From a virus, in the IMG/VR virus record IMGVR_UViG_3300001200_000009: a stretch of DNA of 64,000 nt. One strand, given 5' to 3'. Position 1 is the first letter of the stretch, and every line of letters starts with the position of its first letter. The notes beneath the pieces are model-generated. The model was not told the origin of the DNA. It saw only the letters and a program-made list of their open reading frames with translations, and did not search any database. Made by a program: the position numbers and the translations under genes. Positions 55,967 to 64,000 of the stretch are shown one piece after another.

Positions 55967-55987
55967 CACTCTTGATGAAAGGTAAAC
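55958..55987 (-). promoter_or_regulatory. early promoter for nrdB/nrdA
   Basis: GTTTACC-17-TATAAT; the -10 overlaps the last codons of endonuclease 9. Confidence 0.7.
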
Positions 55988-56016
55988 AAAAAAATCGAGC
56001 CCGGTAAGACTCGATT
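55988..56016 (-). terminator. intrinsic terminator
   Basis: AATCGAG...CTCGATT hairpin followed by a T-run on the minus strand. Confidence 0.7.
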
Positions 56017-56042
56017 GATTTAATTTTGAAGGTGCCGGTAGG

Positions 56043-56597
56043 CTAAGAGCCGCCGATGCCGTTATCGTCTAAAATATCAAGAATGGCGTGAGCCAATCTT
56101 CTAGCCTGCGGATATTCTCTTTTAAGAACAGAGGAACGACAGAGGTCTTCGATCTCAAGAGCCCAGTTTGGAGAATCGGTATTAGGAGTATAGGTAGGCC
56201 CAGCTTCATCTAAAGACTCTTTCATAGGATTCTGTTCAATTTCGTCTACGTCAAATTCTAAAACGCCCGCAATGACTTCCATATATTTTGGAATGTATTC
56301 GATAAACATTTTAGTGTCAGGGTCTCTTTGATTAGCATGAAGTTTTGTGTGAGAATACATTGCATGCTCGTCAAAGACCTCTGCTGCTTCCTCGCCCAAC
56401 TGCTGTTCAATAGCCATGATAATTTGATCATAGTCTTCTTGGCTATTGATGTCTCTCATAATTTTGTTGAGTTTTTTCGTATAACTATATGCTGTTTGAC
56501 TATCGAAAAAATTTTCGGCCAGCTCTTGAGCTTCTCTAAACTTTGCGGCTTGAGCAGCGAACCCAAACCCCTGCGTCGATTTGATATTACGGTTCAT
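56043..56597 (-). CDS. hypothetical acidic protein
   Basis: ORF with AAGGA SD; contains LAE/MKE/LDE sites. Confidence 0.6.
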   Translation of the reverse strand: MNRNIKSTQGFGFAAQAAKFREAQELAENFFDSQTAYSYTKKLNKIMRDINSQEDYDQIIMAIEQQLGEEAAEVFDEHAMYSHTKLHANQRDPDTKMFIEYIPKYMEVIAGVLEFDVDEIEQNPMKESLDEAGPTYTPNTDSPNWALEIEDLCRSSVLKREYPQARRLAHAILDILDDNGIGGS

Positions 56598-56946
56598 TGG
56601 GTTCTTCCTTATTTTTATGTTCTAGATTCCATTTAATAACCTCTTGGGCGGACTTCCAGCAGATTTCGTGCGACCCAGCTGTTGGAGCCACATAGTATTT
56701 ATTATAGAGGTCTTCGGTGTCTACTTCATCGTTGTCTCTTCCTGATGTGATTTCAAAAATCTGTTCAGGAGTCAGAACAATTGGGTCAGGACATTCGATT
56801 AGACCGTCTGGAATGGTCACATAAACCGTTTCGGTCTTTGTGATGTAGATAGGTTCTGGGTCTTTCTTCTTAAAGATAGAAGCACATCCGCCATTTACAA
56901 GAGCGAACGCTAAAAGACTACTCAGTAGGAGCTTTTTCATTTTCAA
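56587..56946 (-). CDS. o-spanin (Rz1-like) lipoprotein
   Basis: Signal peptide with lipobox-like Cys, Pro-rich IP..LI.CP.P segment; overlaps the i-spanin. Confidence 0.75.
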   Translation of the reverse strand: MKMKKLLLSSLLAFALVNGGCASIFKKKDPEPIYITKTETVYVTIPDGLIECPDPIVLTPEQIFEITSGRDNDEVDTEDLYNKYYVAPTAGSHEICWKSAQEVIKWNLEHKNKEEPNEP

Positions 56947-57358
56947 TCAACAATTGGTTACGTTCGTTCATAATAAGCAAGAATTTTTCAGTACGAGGAG
57001 AGATGTCTCCCGACTCTAGAGTTTCAAGCTCGCGGTCAAGGCTTCCCATAAACCGGATAAGGTCTTGTTTACCTTCTTCGAGGGTTTCTTTTTGGGCAAT
57101 GGCCAATTCAGCTCTTCGTTCGGCTTCATCGGCCCGTTCGTTTGCTGCGGTCAAAGCGCTCTCAAGACCAGTAACATTACATTCAATGACCGCCTTGTTA
57201 TATCCTTCAGTATAGATATTATCTTTGAAGTTGCCGAACCATGCTTTACCTCCAAAGAATAGGCTAAGCGCGATTGCGAGTCCAGCAAATCCTTTCATAA
57301 GGTTAGCGCCTGTAGCGGCTGCCTTGATTCCAGCTTTAATTCCTGCGATTGTAGGCAT
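56918..57358 (-). CDS. i-spanin (Rz-like)
   Basis: N-terminal TM helix followed by a coiled coil; upstream of the lipoprotein. Confidence 0.75.
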   Translation of the reverse strand: MPTIAGIKAGIKAAATGANLMKGFAGLAIALSLFFGGKAWFGNFKDNIYTEGYNKAVIECNVTGLESALTAANERADEAERRAELAIAQKETLEEGKQDLIRFMGSLDRELETLESGDISPRTEKFLLIMNERNQLLIENEKAPTE

Positions 57359-58629
57359 TAGTTGCGCCTCTTAGGTTTCCCACCGAAAGGACCACCTGTA
57401 AATCCGTTATGGCCATTTGGTTCATAAACAGCAGGTTGGGTTGCAGTACCCATAGCTTGGCCAACCGAAACATTTTCAGTTTTTGGTAGGTTTGGATTAT
57501 CCCAATGTAAAACAGCTTCGCCGTTGTCGTAAAGGGTTACTGAGCGATACATTCCGATTTGGTTGTTCTTGTAATAGACTTGAGCAAATCGGCCAATAGA
57601 ATTGGTGTGGATGATATTCTCTTCGCCGTCAGACTTATAGATTCCTTTGACCACGAAACGGTCGCCGTTTTCATTCATGTTTTTTGGTCTAGGTGGAATC
57701 TTTTCTCCAGGCGCCCGTTTAGCTGGTCCTTCTCCTGGTTTTACAGGAGTATATTTACCATCAGCTCTCTGGCGATATGTGACTAGTTCATCATCTTCCA
57801 TGACTTCGTCTTGTCCAGTAACCGCCATAGCAAGTTTTGCGGCAGCTCCAAGATTTTCACTTTGTTGAGAAACTACTTTGCCTTTTTTACGACGAGCAAT
57901 TTGATTGGCTTGTTGTTCATTTTTGACAATTTCTTCTTTGGTGATTCCGTTCTCTTTGTAGACAACTTTGAAAACTTCATTTGAGGATTCGGCTACGTAA
58001 GCTCTGAATCCTTCGCCGAAACGACGAGCATCTTCGATAGGTTCTTCATCTGCTAGTGGGTCAGCCATAGGGTCTTCAACTCCAACTTCTGGCTCTACAT
58101 CAATCTCAGGTTCTACTTCAGGAATAGCATCACCAGCGACTGGTTCAACTTCAGGAACCGCGTCTGGTTCGTCAATCATATCTTCTGGGTGAGGGGTACC
58201 AGTCATGGCCGAGAAAGCTTTTTGTAGCTGCTCTTCGTTAGGCATAGTTAGGAAGATAGACGCTGAACCTTCGTTCATGCTGCCTTTAACCTGAAATACT
58301 CCGCCTCTAGCTTCTTTGAACGCAACAAGAGTTTCAAGAGTGTCTGGTCCGCGATTGATTCGCGGAATAAAGATGTCTCGATTGAACAGCTTGTTAAGAG
58401 TTTTAGACAGTTTTGTTGTAGTGTCTTGCAGGAACTGATACGTTTCGTCACGTACGTCAACGCCAGGATTCATCTTGATGATATTGTATTTCTCATGGAA
58501 TTTACCAGGGGCAACGTCATAAACCTCTGGTCGAGAAGAGAATTTGTTAACCATCTGGTACCAGGTAGTCATGCACGAAGACGTCAGCGCGAGTACTAGT
58601 CCCTGTCCTTGTAGATGTTTATTAGCCAT
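57358..58629 (-). CDS. hypothetical multi-segment protein with acidic P/E linker
   Basis: 423-aa ORF with internal FRAYVAE, VME and MNE motifs. Confidence 0.65.
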   Translation of the reverse strand: MANKHLQGQGLVLALTSSCMTTWYQMVNKFSSRPEVYDVAPGKFHEKYNIIKMNPGVDVRDETYQFLQDTTTKLSKTLNKLFNRDIFIPRINRGPDTLETLVAFKEARGGVFQVKGSMNEGSASIFLTMPNEEQLQKAFSAMTGTPHPEDMIDEPDAVPEVEPVAGDAIPEVEPEIDVEPEVGVEDPMADPLADEEPIEDARRFGEGFRAYVAESSNEVFKVVYKENGITKEEIVKNEQQANQIARRKKGKVVSQQSENLGAAAKLAMAVTGQDEVMEDDELVTYRQRADGKYTPVKPGEGPAKRAPGEKIPPRPKNMNENGDRFVVKGIYKSDGEENIIHTNSIGRFAQVYYKNNQIGMYRSVTLYDNGEAVLHWDNPNLPKTENVSVGQAMGTATQPAVYEPNGHNGFTGGPFGGKPKRRN

Positions 58630-58999
58630 TTTTTCTGAACTCTCTTAATTTTTCAACGATAGCCGGGTCCATGGAGATTCCGGTATATTCGGTAACTTCA
58701 ACGTAGCTTAAATAGACCAAGAATGGCTTCAAAGCTGGCCAGTATTCTGGCGATATTTTGAATTCCAACATCTTCTTCATGGCTTCAATTCCAAATACGT
58801 TTTGGAGGAAGATGAGATAATTGAAAATCAATCTTTCTGTAATCTTACCAGTCTTTCGATACCGACCCAGACATTTCTGGATGTATTTGAAAATGGTAAG
58901 GTCTTTTTCAAATTCCTCGATGCTTACGCACTGAGGATTCTGATAATGCTGATGCGCATAGAAGATGAAGTTGTCGTCTGTGAGGTTGCTTATATCCAT
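58622..58999 (-). CDS. conserved T4-like hypothetical protein
   Basis: NF..YA...Y.NPQC...EEF..DL..FKYI...RY...G...ERLI.N...N.FG and LKPFL.YL motifs. Confidence 0.8.
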   Translation of the reverse strand: MDISNLTDDNFIFYAHQHYQNPQCVSIEEFEKDLTIFKYIQKCLGRYRKTGKITERLIFNYLIFLQNVFGIEAMKKMLEFKISPEYWPALKPFLVYLSYVEVTEYTGISMDPAIVEKLREFRKNG

Positions 59000-59024
59000 A
59001 TAGATATTTATTCAACCTTGAGGA

Positions 59025-59411
59025 CTACTTTTTAGAAGTTGACTTCTTTTTTGTAGTCGCTTTTTTCTTAGCAGGAGCTTTCTTAGGAGTAGGTTTTACT
59101 TCCTCTTTAACTTCTTTGGCTTCAACTTCAGTTTCTGGGTCGATGTCAGCAGTCTTTGCTTCTACAACAGGCTTAGGTTTTACGTCGGCTGTGATGACTT
59201 CTTCAGCCACTGGTTCTGGTGTAGGTTCCACGACTGGAGCCGGTTCTGGCTCTACTGCAGCAGGAATACCGCGAGTTGCATTGTATTCTTTGATATCGTC
59301 TGCCGAGAATTTGCGAGCAGCTAGAAGTTCGCCAGTTTTTACGCACCTCCAGCCTTTAGGGTCAATCACTGCGTCTTTTGCGTAGTGGGGTGCTTTAATT
59401 GGTTTTGCCAT
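59025..59411 (-). CDS. hypothetical protein with P/E-rich linker and Lys-rich tail
   Basis: P.Y..DAV...GW...TGELL N-terminal domain. Confidence 0.65.
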   Translation of the reverse strand: MAKPIKAPHYAKDAVIDPKGWRCVKTGELLAARKFSADDIKEYNATRGIPAAVEPEPAPVVEPTPEPVAEEVITADVKPKPVVEAKTADIDPETEVEAKEVKEEVKPTPKKAPAKKKATTKKKSTSKK

Positions 59412-60341
59412 TTATGCCTCAATTGGTGATAGGTAGTAATACATGCCAGTCTGACGTCCTCGTTTTAGGAAGACACTTCCGGCGCGTGCAATTACGATTT
59501 TTGTTGTTTGGTCGGCAACTTGAATTTCAGCAATCACTTTACCGTCTTGATTGATGGTATTGATTACTTTGCCGGGAATAATTTTGCTCACAGCTTCTAC
59601 GCCATGACGAATGATATTGATTTTGGTACCTTTTGGAAGGTTAGCCACGTCATTAGTATCGCCCTTCGAAATAGATTCGATGGCGTTATAGACATTACGA
59701 AGCGGTTGGCCTGTAAAAATCTCTTGTGGCTTGGTTTTACGAGCTGGGTCTGATGTAGACATCGCAACTTCTGTATCAGCTGCAGCTTTGTCGTCTCCAA
59801 TATCTTCGGTAATTTCAGAACCAGACAGACTCATAGCAATAGCTCGAATCTCGTCAGTTGTCATTTGCTGCTCAGCAAGGGCACGGTGAATAGACTTCCA
59901 TGAATAGGTAGCGTTATCGTGCGACTCAGCGAGCTTTTTTCCAGGGTCACCAGGCTTGGTTTCTCCAACCGGAGTACCAGGTCCTTTACCTTTAAGGTCA
60001 GGGGTCTTAGACCCTACACCAACCTTTTGGCTCTTATCGTGAATCTCTTTGTCGCCATTGTCATATTCATCATTTTCGATAGCTTCTTTTTCGTCAGCAC
60101 GTAGCTCACGACCATGTTTTAGGTCTGGGTCTTTGCCGACTTCGATTTTAGTCTCGATTAGAGTTTCGAATTCGTGGTCGTGCATGTATGAAGCAGCAGG
60201 ACTGATACGCGAATGATGAAGAGGCACTTTGCCTTCAGTGAAATACGAAACTTTTACGCTTGTGTTAGACCCGATTCGCACGGCCTTAGCGTAGACAGCT
60301 CCTTTTGGAGTGGCCACAGTTCGTCTGTTGAGTTTGTGCAT
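59412..60341 (-). CDS. hypothetical protein
   Basis: 309-aa ORF with LAE/ITE sites. Confidence 0.6.
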   Translation of the reverse strand: MHKLNRRTVATPKGAVYAKAVRIGSNTSVKVSYFTEGKVPLHHSRISPAASYMHDHEFETLIETKIEVGKDPDLKHGRELRADEKEAIENDEYDNGDKEIHDKSQKVGVGSKTPDLKGKGPGTPVGETKPGDPGKKLAESHDNATYSWKSIHRALAEQQMTTDEIRAIAMSLSGSEITEDIGDDKAAADTEVAMSTSDPARKTKPQEIFTGQPLRNVYNAIESISKGDTNDVANLPKGTKINIIRHGVEAVSKIIPGKVINTINQDGKVIAEIQVADQTTKIVIARAGSVFLKRGRQTGMYYYLSPIEA

Positions 60342-60344
60342 TGT

Positions 60345-60884
60345 TTATCCTAGTGTGCTAATCATGTATCCGGCGCCTACGAAGAACATTCCGCCGATAC
60401 CTGCAACTGTCGCGAGAACTGTTGCTATCTTCTTCCAGTTAATTTTATTTATACCCGTCGATTTGTCCTTTTTCGGAGAATCGCCAATAGCTTTTACAGC
60501 TCCTTGGTCAGGCGGAAGTGGATAAACCTGACCAACTAGGTAATAAACTTCTCCATTTTGCTTGAACGGCATCACACGAAGATGGACGTAAACGATCTTA
60601 TTTGTCTTAGTAATATAACCCTTAAACATGTCATAACCAGATTTGGCTCCACGAAAAACCTCGTCCGCTAGATTCATATCAATTTCTACGTCTGATGGAA
60701 GAGTGATTTCACGAAACTTCATGTCCTGAAGCTCCATCTCATTATACTCAACAATTTTACAGAATGCTGGGTTCGCTCTTTGGAAGCTACCATCTTTGTT
60801 TACGATTGCAAGGCCAGCTAAGCCTTTTTCCCATAGCAGGTCATAGAGACCCTCTTTATGAGCGATTGAAAATTTATTTGTCAT
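60345..60884 (-). CDS. stand-alone PAS/PAC domain protein with C-terminal TM helix
   Basis: GLAIVN.DG.F..AN.AFC.IV.Y...EL....F.EIT.PSD...Y...K.Y..K.....V.LRV; hydrophobic C-terminus. Confidence 0.85.
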   Translation of the reverse strand: MTNKFSIAHKEGLYDLLWEKGLAGLAIVNKDGSFQRANPAFCKIVEYNEMELQDMKFREITLPSDVEIDMNLADEVFRGAKSGYDMFKGYITKTNKIVYVHLRVMPFKQNGEVYYLVGQVYPLPPDQGAVKAIGDSPKKDKSTGINKINWKKIATVLATVAGIGGMFFVGAGYMISTLG

Positions 60885-61674
60885 ATAGTCTGATGTCCTC
60901 TGGCCAACACTTTGATGTTTGCCCATTTGTCTCTAGGACGATAAAGTTAGGACCAAGTTTCACAACAACCGCTTCGTCGATGCTATTCGTGGACACCTTA
61001 TCCCCAATTTTTACCAATTTTTTAGAATAGAAGAGCTCGCGCGCTTCGCTTCTTGTCAATTCAACTTCGTTGGACTTAAGTAGCCCTAATCCTTGGCTTA
61101 CCTGCATGAACATCTTCTTTGAGACCGCGAGGCTAACACTTGACGGGAGTCCGTTCTTAAATTCCTCGAAGTTGTCGGTTTTTACCAGCTCTCTCATCTT
61201 TGACGACGACATACCAGCGATACCTTCAGCTTCAGGGTCTCGTTTGCCAGAACTGACAGCCCTAATAGACTTAAAGTTGTAATCTCTACTGTTGTATTTA
61301 TCAAATATGTTTTGGAAGTAGTCCACCCGGTCCTCACCGGTCACAAGAATTACATTGGCAAATGCATTTTGTAGGGACTGAAGAACAGCGGTTATTGTAC
61401 GAAGGTCAGATTCAACGACATAGTTCTTGTAGCGAGGGAAAATCGATTTCATGAAGGACACCTTGTCCTCATAAGAGAGCGGGTTCTTCTTATTATCTTT
61501 TGTGTGGGTGATATAGATTTTGAAGGGCCAGCCTTGTTTGTTGGCTAGCTGCGCTCCGAAATTGAATACAGCTTCGTGCCCGATGGTTGGAGGATTACAT
61601 CGCCCCCAAAAGAGAACGACCCCGCGGTCGAGGTCTTCTTTAACATAATGCTGAAAGGACTTGTAGGCCTTCAT
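60874..61674 (-). CDS. HIGH-family nucleotidyltransferase (phage 'cytidyltransferase', NMNAT/PPAT-like)
   Basis: GR.NPPTIGH, KNPL...K, G.DR and SG.RDP...GMSSSKMR (KMSKS-like) motifs. Confidence 0.9.
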   Translation of the reverse strand: MKAYKSFQHYVKEDLDRGVVLFWGRCNPPTIGHEAVFNFGAQLANKQGWPFKIYITHTKDNKKNPLSYEDKVSFMKSIFPRYKNYVVESDLRTITAVLQSLQNAFANVILVTGEDRVDYFQNIFDKYNSRDYNFKSIRAVSSGKRDPEAEGIAGMSSSKMRELVKTDNFEEFKNGLPSSVSLAVSKKMFMQVSQGLGLLKSNEVELTRSEARELFYSKKLVKIGDKVSTNSIDEAVVVKLGPNFIVLETNGQTSKCWPEDIRLYDK

Positions 61675-62636
61675 CTTGTGCGGAAATTCCGTTTAACGAG
61701 TTTGAAAGCCGTGTCGCCTTCTCCAACAACAAATCCTTCTCCACCGAATTTGCCATCGAAATATTGAGGAAACTTGCCATCAATAGCTCTTTGAGTTTCT
61801 AAGGCATGAACCATATCGTTCTTGATGCCGTTTAGTGTATTTATAACCATCGTGGCGTTAAGAACTGTAGCTCGTAGCTCGCGCGGAATTGTAGTGTCAG
61901 CGAAGAATTCCTTAGCCATATTGTCGGAAAAATCGACGTTTCGGCAATTAAACGAATACAGCTGCTGACAGAGCGCTCTATTAAAATGAAGTAATGCTAA
62001 TTGCGAGAACTCGATGTTGATAACATCTTGAACTTCTTTTAGCCTGTCTCTGATGGATGATGGAGCTCTTGCCTGTTCGAGCGTTATCTTTTCCTGACCT
62101 TGCCACCACAAAGCATGATTATTTCTCAGTCGATTTATAGGGCCTGAATGGATAACTATACCAAGACTCTGAAAAACAGTTGAGGGTATGTGATATTCGA
62201 CGAGGTTTGGTTTGACTATTCGGGTCTTTATATGAGAGTTTCGTGATTGTTCTTCAGGCAACCAAAGGACATCCGCTTCAAATTGAACCTCGATAAGACC
62301 ATCGGTCGATTCTTCAAGGACATCCCAAGCTTTTGCCATCATTTCGGCGTATTGAATTTGAGAGTCTGTCTGCTTACGACGGAGAATGGTTTCTTTGATG
62401 TGTTCTCTTGACTTGGCCTTGCCGTCATAAGTTTTCGCTCTGAACCGATTTTTGTCATTGAACATAAATTGCCCAAGATGGTCTCTTGCAAAGGTAATCG
62501 ACGGAGACCCATCGAATTTTGTAGTGGTTGCCATCATGCCAGTAGACACGTGCAATAGGTCATCAATAGCCTTCAAGGCCGCTTGAGGACCTTTTCGAAT
62601 GATTATGTCTTCAAAGTGCTCCATAAAGGTCCTCAT
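61671..62636 (-). CDS. ATP-dependent ligase-fold nucleotidyltransferase (DUF6267-like)
   Basis: Motif I TKFDG, motif III-like FEADV, motif IV GEGFVV, motif V FKLVK; N-terminal EH.ED. Confidence 0.75.
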   Translation of the reverse strand: MRTFMEHFEDIIIRKGPQAALKAIDDLLHVSTGMMATTTKFDGSPSITFARDHLGQFMFNDKNRFRAKTYDGKAKSREHIKETILRRKQTDSQIQYAEMMAKAWDVLEESTDGLIEVQFEADVLWLPEEQSRNSHIKTRIVKPNLVEYHIPSTVFQSLGIVIHSGPINRLRNNHALWWQGQEKITLEQARAPSSIRDRLKEVQDVINIEFSQLALLHFNRALCQQLYSFNCRNVDFSDNMAKEFFADTTIPRELRATVLNATMVINTLNGIKNDMVHALETQRAIDGKFPQYFDGKFGGEGFVVGEGDTAFKLVKRNFRTR

Positions 62637-63375
62637 ACCATTTGAATTCTATCGGGCTGATGTGTTGAGTTTCTTTGCGTTCTCGAAACTTGCGAATAAT
62701 TTCTGGAATGCGGGGCGAATAACGATTTCTTACGCTCCAAAAAATAGACTCAAAACTGTCGACGTCGATTCCATACTCGACTAATATTCTTTCAGCGGAT
62801 AGAGGCCTATCTCTCAAAAAAGGAGTATTGACCCATTTTTTTGTATAGCCTTTTCCGTCTTTACGCGGCTGAAGTTCTCTTTTTATTGCAACTAACCCAT
62901 ATTTTGGAGAAAACGACAATGACATATATCTTACCAATACACCGTTGTCATGCTCTTGGAAAGTCTTTTGAATGCACCCAAAAACAATCATTGCCAATAT
63001 AGTTCTCATTTCACCGGAATAACGACTATGTTTGGGCGCATGATAGAAAAGTTTGGCGGCCTCAATGTTTTCGCATTTCATGAAGTCAACTTGGACGTGA
63101 TGAGTGATTGAGTTTTCTGGTGTATAGGGCCAAGCTGATGATAAGACGTTTGCGACCAAAGCATTTGGCATTTGAATATCTTCGATAATTCTTTTACAAA
63201 TATGCTCGAATTCTTCTGGAGTTACAGCGATGTCAATATCGCCAGACATATCCTTCTTACCGGCCGAGCCTAGTAATCTGTCTGAAAAATCTATTCCAAG
63301 ATTTCGATTCAGATTTTCTAGCACTAAGGGAATATTGGCCGAATGGATTGGCGAGCAGTTCATTGATTTGGTCAT
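62611..63375 (-). CDS. Pol-beta superfamily nucleotidyltransferase
   Basis: LLGS.GKK..SGDIDIAV and third aspartate in VQVDFM. Confidence 0.85.
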   Translation of the reverse strand: MTKSMNCSPIHSANIPLVLENLNRNLGIDFSDRLLGSAGKKDMSGDIDIAVTPEEFEHICKRIIEDIQMPNALVANVLSSAWPYTPENSITHHVQVDFMKCENIEAAKLFYHAPKHSRYSGEMRTILAMIVFGCIQKTFQEHDNGVLVRYMSLSFSPKYGLVAIKRELQPRKDGKGYTKKWVNTPFLRDRPLSAERILVEYGIDVDSFESIFWSVRNRYSPRIPEIIRKFRERKETQHISPIEFKWYEDLYGAL

Positions 63376-64000
63376 AATTTAATCTTCACTCCAACTCGAG
63401 TCGAGACGCCGTTTGGACCACCATAAGTCCGTAATGAAAACGACTTGAGCTCAGGAAATTGGCCCATCTCGATTAGGTTCTTATCTAGACCAGTGTGATA
63501 GCAAGAGAAATCTTCTTGGTTACGGTCATACACAACGAAATAGTTGTCATTTGACTCGCACAGGTGGTCGAGAATAATTGTTCTTATTTGAGACAATATA
63601 TCATAGTCCGTGACGTTTGTAAACTGAAAAGGCATTTTTCCGCTCTTACAGACACCTTCATCTCCCGCAAATCCGATACACGGGTCTTCGTTTCGATAAA
63701 AGTCTACTAGCTCCACGAAGCCAGCTCCAGGCATTATTAGATTTGCCGCCTGGTCAAATATTTTGGGGCATTGGGTTCGATTAACACTCTTATCGAACAG
63801 TGTTATCGGTGCGCCTAAAGAGGCTGCTCCTTTAATTTCAAACTGAGTTCTAGCGTCTGCAATATCTACCACCAAATCTGGGTCTTGTGACCCTGGCTTT
63901 GCGATAGATATTAGACTTGCATTAAACTCAGACTCGGTCCAATCGAATACCTTCTCTTGGGCTATTTTGCCGTGATTGACTCTGCCTTGTAAATTTCCGC
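63372..64000 (-). CDS. PD-(D/E)xK nuclease-like protein (5' end outside window)
   Basis: Frame stays open to the window edge: GNLQGRVNHGKIAQEKVF...PGSQDPDLVV...QFEIKG. Confidence 0.65.
   Translation of the reverse strand, partial: GNLQGRVNHGKIAQEKVFDWTESEFNASLISIAKPGSQDPDLVVDIADARTQFEIKGAASLGAPITLFDKSVNRTQCPKIFDQAANLIMPGAGFVELVDFYRNEDPCIGFAGDEGVCKSGKMPFQFTNVTDYDILSQIRTIILDHLCESNDNYFVVYDRNQEDFSCYHTGLDKNLIEMGQFPELKSFSLRTYGGPNGVSTRVGVKIKL

Noticed and set aside
1-64000. Stop-codon reassignment (alternative genetic code)
   Set aside because: Conserved genes are full length in code 11 and end at TAA, TAG or TGA at the expected positions; the splits seen are frame changes, not in-frame stops.

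Overview
This window is 64 kb of a T4-like (Tevenvirinae/Kyanoviridae-grade) myovirus genome, almost entirely coded on the minus strand. From 1 to 35.7 kb lies the virion block: gp18 (partial), gp17, gp16, gp15, gp14, gp13, a frameshifted fibre gene, a split DUF4815/VrlC-like pair, gp8, gp7, gp6, gp25, a split gp5, gp27, gp53, gp48, gp4, gp2-like, gp54, tape measure, gp51 and gp26. From 36 to 47 kb lie replication and early genes (gp32, gp59, gp33, RNase H, exonucleases), cell-wall hydrolases and a circularly permuted two-piece tmRNA of alphaproteobacterial type. From 47 to 64 kb lie putative head-packaged proteins, nrdA/nrdB, spanins and an enzyme operon. Most notable observations: (1) an overlapping-gene operon at 60.3-64 kb combining a PD-(D/E)xK nuclease, three unrelated nucleotidyltransferase folds (Pol-beta, ATP-dependent ligase, HIGH) and a PAS+TM protein; (2) nine paralogous Seg-like GIY-YIG endonuclease cassettes, eight of them antisense, each with its own TATAAATA late promoter, wedged into gene junctions where the cassette end often also carries the neighbour's ribosome-binding site and a non-ATG start; (3) the permuted tmRNA with a non-canonical tag; (4) gp5 fused to a chaperoned tail fibre; (5) a LapG/BTLCP protease split into a lipoprotein and a catalytic ORF. 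All family calls come from motif recognition by eye; no database searches were run.
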